A stretch of DNA of 64,000 nt from Sporopachydermia quercuum. Lineage: Eukaryota. Of this stretch, positions 59,101-64,000 are shown one piece after another (position 1 is the first letter of the stretch; each line of letters begins with the position of its first letter). The notes under the pieces are model-generated. The model was not told where the DNA came from and searched no databases. It worked only from the letters and a program-made list of their open reading frames with translations. A program made the position numbers and the translations under genes. The stretch is taken from contig BCGN01000004.1 of assembly GCA_001599295.1 (NCBI GenBank), positions 1,489,676 through 1,553,675 of the forward strand, read 5' to 3'.

Positions 59101-59659
59101 ACGTGTCAGTATTTGGATCAAATCTTCTGAACAGAACAAAAAGATGATTGACAGTCTAGGGCTGATATCTCCTGAACTGATGGAGAAATATATAAAGAAC
59201 TGTACCAACGAAAGAAATGATATTCTCACAAAATCAGGATTTTCTTTGGTAAATATAGTTGATATTGATTACGATGTTGCAGGCTTGTTCGATGGATTTG
59301 ATAACGATGATGATAAAGTTTCCAGTGTAAAAACAGTTCAAAAGCTGATAGAGCTTCCATTGATTTTAAAAGATTACCGCCTCAATGTCGAGCAAATTGT
59401 GATTTCTGTTGATGAAAACCATGGTGGAATTTATACATCTTTGCACCAAGTTAAAGTATATGGATCACTATCTGATCCTGTGAAAGCAGCAGCAGCAGAT
59501 GCAGAAAATGAAAGTCACATCATCGAATCTAAACCTCTAAATGAAGATATCATGGAAAAGCTGGATTTTACAAACGATCCATTGATAGCATCTTATGCCA
59601 TGGATTCCTATTCTAGTGACGATGACAACGGTATACTGGGGATGGATAGACTTCTTTGA
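56111..59659 (+). CDS. SUN-domain inner nuclear membrane protein (Mps3/Sad1-like)
   Basis: S/TP-rich and acidic N-terminus, TM segment near aa 390-430, long coiled coil, and SUN-like boundaries NFASVYSG..L...TS.T and ENHGG..TSLHQVKVYG. Confidence 0.8.
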   Translation: MFASSSPERTRRTKRSQQTNTSEDNAQSIQLTTAPILRHNNNDNHVSTVGRLRSPVRNTISNQHKFFSQQFGADTTNEMSSNYDSSSSINETMRKARNQFSDLKTPPKVPSDMEKPVLPHNRLPVYPIQNRIPLDMESSPPGDKTDENHTELSSSASMNFSTLEMNYNDLRKRKTDTVLTPNLKQFVEQKRIQRELTEINLQESPLRGKTSSRNTTGDGISTIEKVASKSHSNTQDTEIYANGDKNSNLVQHSDSHSKPAHYNHESAVGRXSVTPEPKNTSKGSYSSTDDSADVDDATIDHSSDESDDESINQETKESEMLSNYTNDAITTDSDVSIHSPSNSLANDQEIKKAENQDTNRVVYWTMYCFFKVXKSINSFFHAVRDLNLNLLGISLLMGIISFLIIAFAFVIFKYAPTLLLFISQTLSALAKLIFSKSASNNTIKPIVSPETFDEVSSRLIFLESQLLKVQHDLKTLSESTGNFQNYQTDKNFQISRDYEAIIENMKQLYEEVNAVDAKHTQKIEELNQQFVMSFVQVNKELDSFKQTIATKMENVVTKNMLEEDKDKMYKHIFTVSDRIDKVADTVKQVNEAVSEEKLKLLVLKELEDKLPQYIALDNLTSTGDFNDLESIPQSFWDYLTSVVRRTINANESNAFMTIESRITKYSQSVKQINERILKVESEQEKLVEQTDCLVQEINRKEKNESLEDTKKALQLSLSWETFLRDNHQRLSEFVTNRIREAELSDYKENGNQNENGKRPASDSEMILSRPEFLDLLAEKMSKISTDLHVQLITLRKDYNSYITSMISEAKSDLSRSLIEETDNIKAHLQGNLFDLVESKLFDVSHILPHLVIDDGLSLFINSLIKQAIDQKLDLLEDSQVNFASVYSGCSLLPDLTSATFSPYNHVSIPAKILHKVYKKVLKAVHLSDDTDLNALNVLXHSDLLSSTTDQSMKSVLGWLSEHPAQVGLKLAFPIEPRIVVLETKLINDDLLNQALPKRVSIWIKSSEQNKKMIDSLGLISPELMEKYIKNCTNERNDILTKSGFSLVNIVDIDYDVAGLFDGFDNDDDKVSSVKTVQKLIELPLILKDYRLNVEQIVISVDENHGGIYTSLHQVKVYGSLSDPVKAAAADAENESHIIESKPLNEDIMEKLDFTNDPLIASYAMDSYSSDDDNGILGMDRLL

Positions 59660-60584
59660 AAAATACATAAAAAGAGTGAAATTCAAAACCCACTTCAGAG
59701 TTTCTTCCATCAAACGTAAACATGTATAATATAACTAATATGATGAATTTTACTGGTATTTCATACTTAATTTGTACGAAAGTGAAAAATAACTATCCTT
59801 AGGAATAGCTATAAGATATGAAATCTATAAAACACTAACATGTACGTATTCAGCTCGATTTCTATCTCCTCTTTCGCTTATAGTGTAGCAATTCACCGTT
59901 CATAACGAACTTTTTTGTGTCTCAAAAAAGGTACCTAACAGTTGAATTAATTATTATTGCGAATATGAAATCAAATATTAAATATTAAGATAGCGATTAA
60001 CTCCCAAATAATATTAGTCATCCCAATTTGGAAATACATCCGGTTTAGGTTGAAGATAAACAACTGGTCACTTCCTCCAAAAAGGCATCATCATAAAGTT
60101 TAGCAAAGCATCTTAATGCGATACAAAACTTCTGTAGATAATTGTACTGTAAGTAAATCATTTATGAGCAGCTGAGGTAACACTTATTAATGAAAGATTG
60201 CATGAAGAGAGAATGCCTGGAAAAGCTCAATTATCTATCTAATAATTAAAACAGATAGTTGCGAATGCTATGAAAACGTATGTTTGCTATTACAATCAAA
60301 CCAATTTTCAGTATAGGTCTGATAATCGCTTCAATAATTGCCAACATCTAATGGGATAAGAAAAACACCTGCTGATAGTTGTTAAAACTAGGAACAAGTA
60401 TTTTGCTGCGACCATTCAAACAATCTGAATGATCGCTTAACTCATTATTTTTCAGCCAATTACAATAGCAAACGGCCAAATTGCTCCAATAAACAAACGC
60501 TTGACATCATTCGTCGGAACAATCAACTAAACAATTCAAAAAAAACATCATATACAATATCATATTTTCCCAAACGTCCTCAAC

Positions 60585-61619
60585 ATGTCATTACAAACTG
60601 CTTTTGCAAACAAAGAAAATATGGAGATCAATCCAAGGACTCCACAGGCTAAGAAAATAGGAATAGAATCAAACCCTGCTCCTTTTCTCAACAAAGAAAA
60701 CACAGTTCATAAACATTCTAAAGACAAGATCAGCATAATTACTCCTCAGGATCCAAAAAGAATAGAATTTACAACCCCTGCTAATAGTATACGTATTCCT
60801 CTTGGTGGTAAAGATCAAAATGCACTTGATAGAACCAATAAGATCTTCAAAACCAGTAAAAAGGTCAGTTCGAACAAAAGGAACGATGGCATAAATATGA
60901 AGTCAAAAAAAGTGAAAGATAACATTGTATTTGTTGAGCCAAAGCCTATGGAACCAGATTTAGATTTTCCATCAGATATTGAATATATGCCACCATCTCC
61001 AAAGCCATTGGATGATCTCCCAATCGACTTTGAGCCTATCGATTTTAGTGACATCTTAAACAGAGCATCTACTCAATCAGAATGTCTCGCAGATGAGCTA
61101 CGGGATATCAAACCAAATTATGAATTGGAGTTAGAGAAAGCATTACTAGAGCTTAAAAATACTGAAGTCAACCTGACAGACATACTTGAAGTAGCTCATA
61201 CTCGCAATAACAATAGACAAGCTGAATCATTACATCAGTCGTCAATAAAGATAGGAAATTCATCAGCCACCATGAAGTCAAAGATTGGAAAAAGCACAAA
61301 ACAAGCAATATATCGCGACGGTAGTGTGGAGGAGTCAAAAGAAAGTCCAATACGAAGAAGAGGTTTCATGGCACCTACACAAGCATCATTAGCAAGAACA
61401 GGAAAATTGACAAAANGAGTCACTGGAAATCTTACTAGTACAAATAAGAATGCTAGACATAACAATAGAATCAATATCAAGATGTCACGACCAAGAACAG
61501 AGAAAGTGTTACTAAACGAGCGATGGTCTGATACTGAGGATGATGACGGTACTCTTGATACACAACAATTAACTCATGAACAGCAAGACATATATGAAGA
61601 ATTAGAAAAGTTACTTTGA
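60585..61619 (+). CDS. Securin (Pds1/Cut2-like)
   Basis: Two KEN boxes, D-box RIPLGGKDQN (60792-60821) and DIEYMPP (60975-60995). Confidence 0.8.
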   Translation: MSLQTAFANKENMEINPRTPQAKKIGIESNPAPFLNKENTVHKHSKDKISIITPQDPKRIEFTTPANSIRIPLGGKDQNALDRTNKIFKTSKKVSSNKRNDGINMKSKKVKDNIVFVEPKPMEPDLDFPSDIEYMPPSPKPLDDLPIDFEPIDFSDILNRASTQSECLADELRDIKPNYELELEKALLELKNTEVNLTDILEVAHTRNNNRQAESLHQSSIKIGNSSATMKSKIGKSTKQAIYRDGSVEESKESPIRRRGFMAPTQASLARTGKLTKXVTGNLTSTNKNARHNNRINIKMSRPRTEKVLLNERWSDTEDDDGTLDTQQLTHEQQDIYEELEKLL

Positions 61620-61907
61620 AGAAACCAATACTTTCAATTTATTTACCAAGGAATTATTGAACTACACTTAAAACAAGTTACTTAGAAGTTGTATTTATAT
61701 GTATACTGTATTATACTATGGAGAAAAAACCATAGATTACTATTGTTTTCCAACGTGGACGAAGACAGACTTTTGAATGTATTCAGTTGATTCCGATAAT
61801 AGAAAATGCATAGAAAGAAGATGAGATATTTACAAGATTTCACCGGGAACCACCAAGAATACACAAAGTATGCCTACTTCACCNCCAGATCAAGCAAAAA
61901 TACTCAC

Positions 61908-63679
61908 TTAGAAGAAAAAGTCATTGAAAAAGCCGTCATGACTGGGTCCATGATCAGCTTTATGGGGATGTTCATTTTTCATTTTTTCATTCTCTTCTTG
62001 TTCTTGTTGTTCTCTGATCAAAGGAACTTCTTCTGCTTTCTTGGTCACTAGGTCGACATCAATAACATTTACCGAATGCCCATTGGCTTTATTGGATTTC
62101 TCCACTAGATTTGCCGCGTTGGAACCGTTAAGAGGTCTTCCTTCGCCTTCGCCTTCTGAGATTTCCCGCATGTTGGGATCCATTGCGTTGAGCATTCCTT
62201 TAACATCGATACCGGATTGGCTGAGCCAGCCGTCTTGAGGGAAGGTGATACTAACTTCTAAGTACAAATCACCGTGATCTTTCCTCTTAGAAAAGAATGA
62301 ACTTGTTTGCTTAGATCGCTGTATAGGCATACCTTCTCCTTCAATAAATATATACTCTCCAGGACGAATAACTTTTGCGGAAGGTGATGTTACTTTGATA
62401 GCTCTACCATCTAAATGATAAAGTAACACTCTTGAAAATCCGCAAATAGCTTCAGATAGTGAGATTGTCACACGAGCATGTAAATCATTTTCATATCGAG
62501 TGAATGTGTCGTGTGGCACTTGATTGAGTTGCAGTATAATATTACCAGCTTTGAGTCCGTACTAAAAATCAGTTAGTTTATCAATATTGAACATGATATC
62601 GACACAGTAGCATCCCAATAATATCCAATATATTAAAAGTTTCATTAGGACATACCTTTTCATCCGCTTCACCTTTTTTGATAATACAATCTTTATCAAA
62701 TGAACCAGGCTCTACATAAAACTCTAGTATCTTTCTTTCTGGCGTTAAACCTTTACCCAAACACTTTTTGCATCTATATTTTGAGCTAAAAGTTGAACCA
62801 GTTCCTGAGCATTCTTCACATGTGAGGTACTCCATTGTTGTATAGCCAGGTCCTAATCTATGAATCTTCCTGACTTCTCCCTTTCCATCACACTTTTTAC
62901 ATCTTCTTTTAGATGCCTTTGGCTTAGCTCCAGTACCATTACATAGAGAACATAGCTTATTCCTAGCACTTTGAATTTTAATCGTTTTTCCTTTGTATAA
63001 ATCTTCTAATGTGATAGCTGCATCAATCGTTGCATCTTCTGTAGTAGTCCGCTTAGGCTTTTTGGCATACGATCTATTAGGGCCTGGTCCTGGTGCTGCG
63101 CCCCCACTCATATTGAAGAAGAATTGGAAAAAGTCATCTGGACCAAAGTCGTTTTCCTCTTCGTAAGCGTACGATCCATTTGCATTGAAATTAGTGTTGA
63201 ATGAGCCTTCTTCAGCTCCAAAATTGTCATAATGTGCTCTTTTGTTGTCTAGACATATATCAAACAAATATGTTAGTAACAATGAACCATACTGTCAGAA
63301 CCTGATCTGACGCCATTACCATATGTTTAGTAACTCAACTTACCATCAGAAAGAATCTCGTAAGCATGCCTTATCTCTTTGAATTTTTCCTCAGCTTCCT
63401 CACGTTCCTCAGGGGACACCTTATCTGGATGGCAGCTTAAAGCGGCTTTCCTATAAGCTTTCTTTATTTCATCACTAGAGGCACTTTTGCTAATACCTAA
63501 AAGTTCATAGTAGTCTGCCACTATTCCGTTTAGTTAGTTTCATGGTCTTCAAAATTATTCAAATCACTTCAATCTAGTTCANGCTTCTGTTATAAGAGTG
63601 TACATCAGAAGAAACCAATCATCACATATGTAAATAAAAAACATATCGTCAAATGTTTAAAGACCAATTGCCACATACT
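61908..63679 (-). CDS. Type I DnaJ/Hsp40 (Xdj1/Apj1-like); coding exons 63679, 63520-63344, 63248-62656, 62561-61908
   Basis: J domain with HPD, G/F region, four CxxCxGxG repeats and C-terminal domains ([22 protein letters not shown]). Introns 63521-63678, 63249-63343 and 62562-62655 have consensus signals and keep the frame. Confidence 0.9.
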
Positions 63680-64000
63680 TCTTAACTACTTCGCTTTGGA
63701 ATTTGTACAAATTGTAATTCAATAATCACAATATACGGGTGCACTAGTCACAATCACGTTTGCAACGAATTTACTATCAGAAAAATTCAGCAGTCACTGC
63801 CTAAAACACTGTTATCATCAATGTACTTCACAGGCTTGCTCTATTTTCTTGTTGGATATATATCGAATGATTCTGTATCATAGTATTGGCCTTCTGCCTA
63901 TTAGACCCAATTTGTTTAATATCACTAGAAACATAATTTTTTCTTTGGAGTAATAGTAAACTTTATTTTGTTGGTGGAACAACTGTAAGTCTCACTTCAG

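Overview
AT-rich, gene-dense nuclear DNA of a budding yeast (Saccharomycotina). It probably belongs to an early-branching, relatively intron-rich lineage: CTG reads as Leu at conserved sites, eIF3d is retained, and there are about nine spliceosomal introns (GTAAGT/GTATGT, CTAAC-type branch point, YAG). About 24 protein genes are present: RRP45 (3' end), an ANR2-like gene, CDC20, ORC3, OST1, SFI1, eIF3d, RBG2, PAM18, RLP24, PPR1, an orphan ORF, ARO4, HIS7, an RCC1-family gene, ENP1, PLC1, an SLC35F/YML018C-like transporter, OSH3, a Snapin/SNN1-like gene, OST3/6, a YML020W-like gene, a SUN-domain (MPS3-like) gene, a securin and a type I DnaJ. I recognised no tRNA, rRNA, transposon or CRISPR. The most notable observations are: (1) a candidate 5'-leader intron with aromatic-codon uORFs upstream of ARO4; (2) a ~52-bp palindromic E-box element present twice, once inside a promoter-like stretch between convergent genes with no annotated target; (3) a DnaJ start codon that is only formed by splicing; (4) a divergent securin recognisable from motifs; (5) several gene-order blocks shared with S. 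cerevisiae. Gene names come from recalled family motifs, not database searches.
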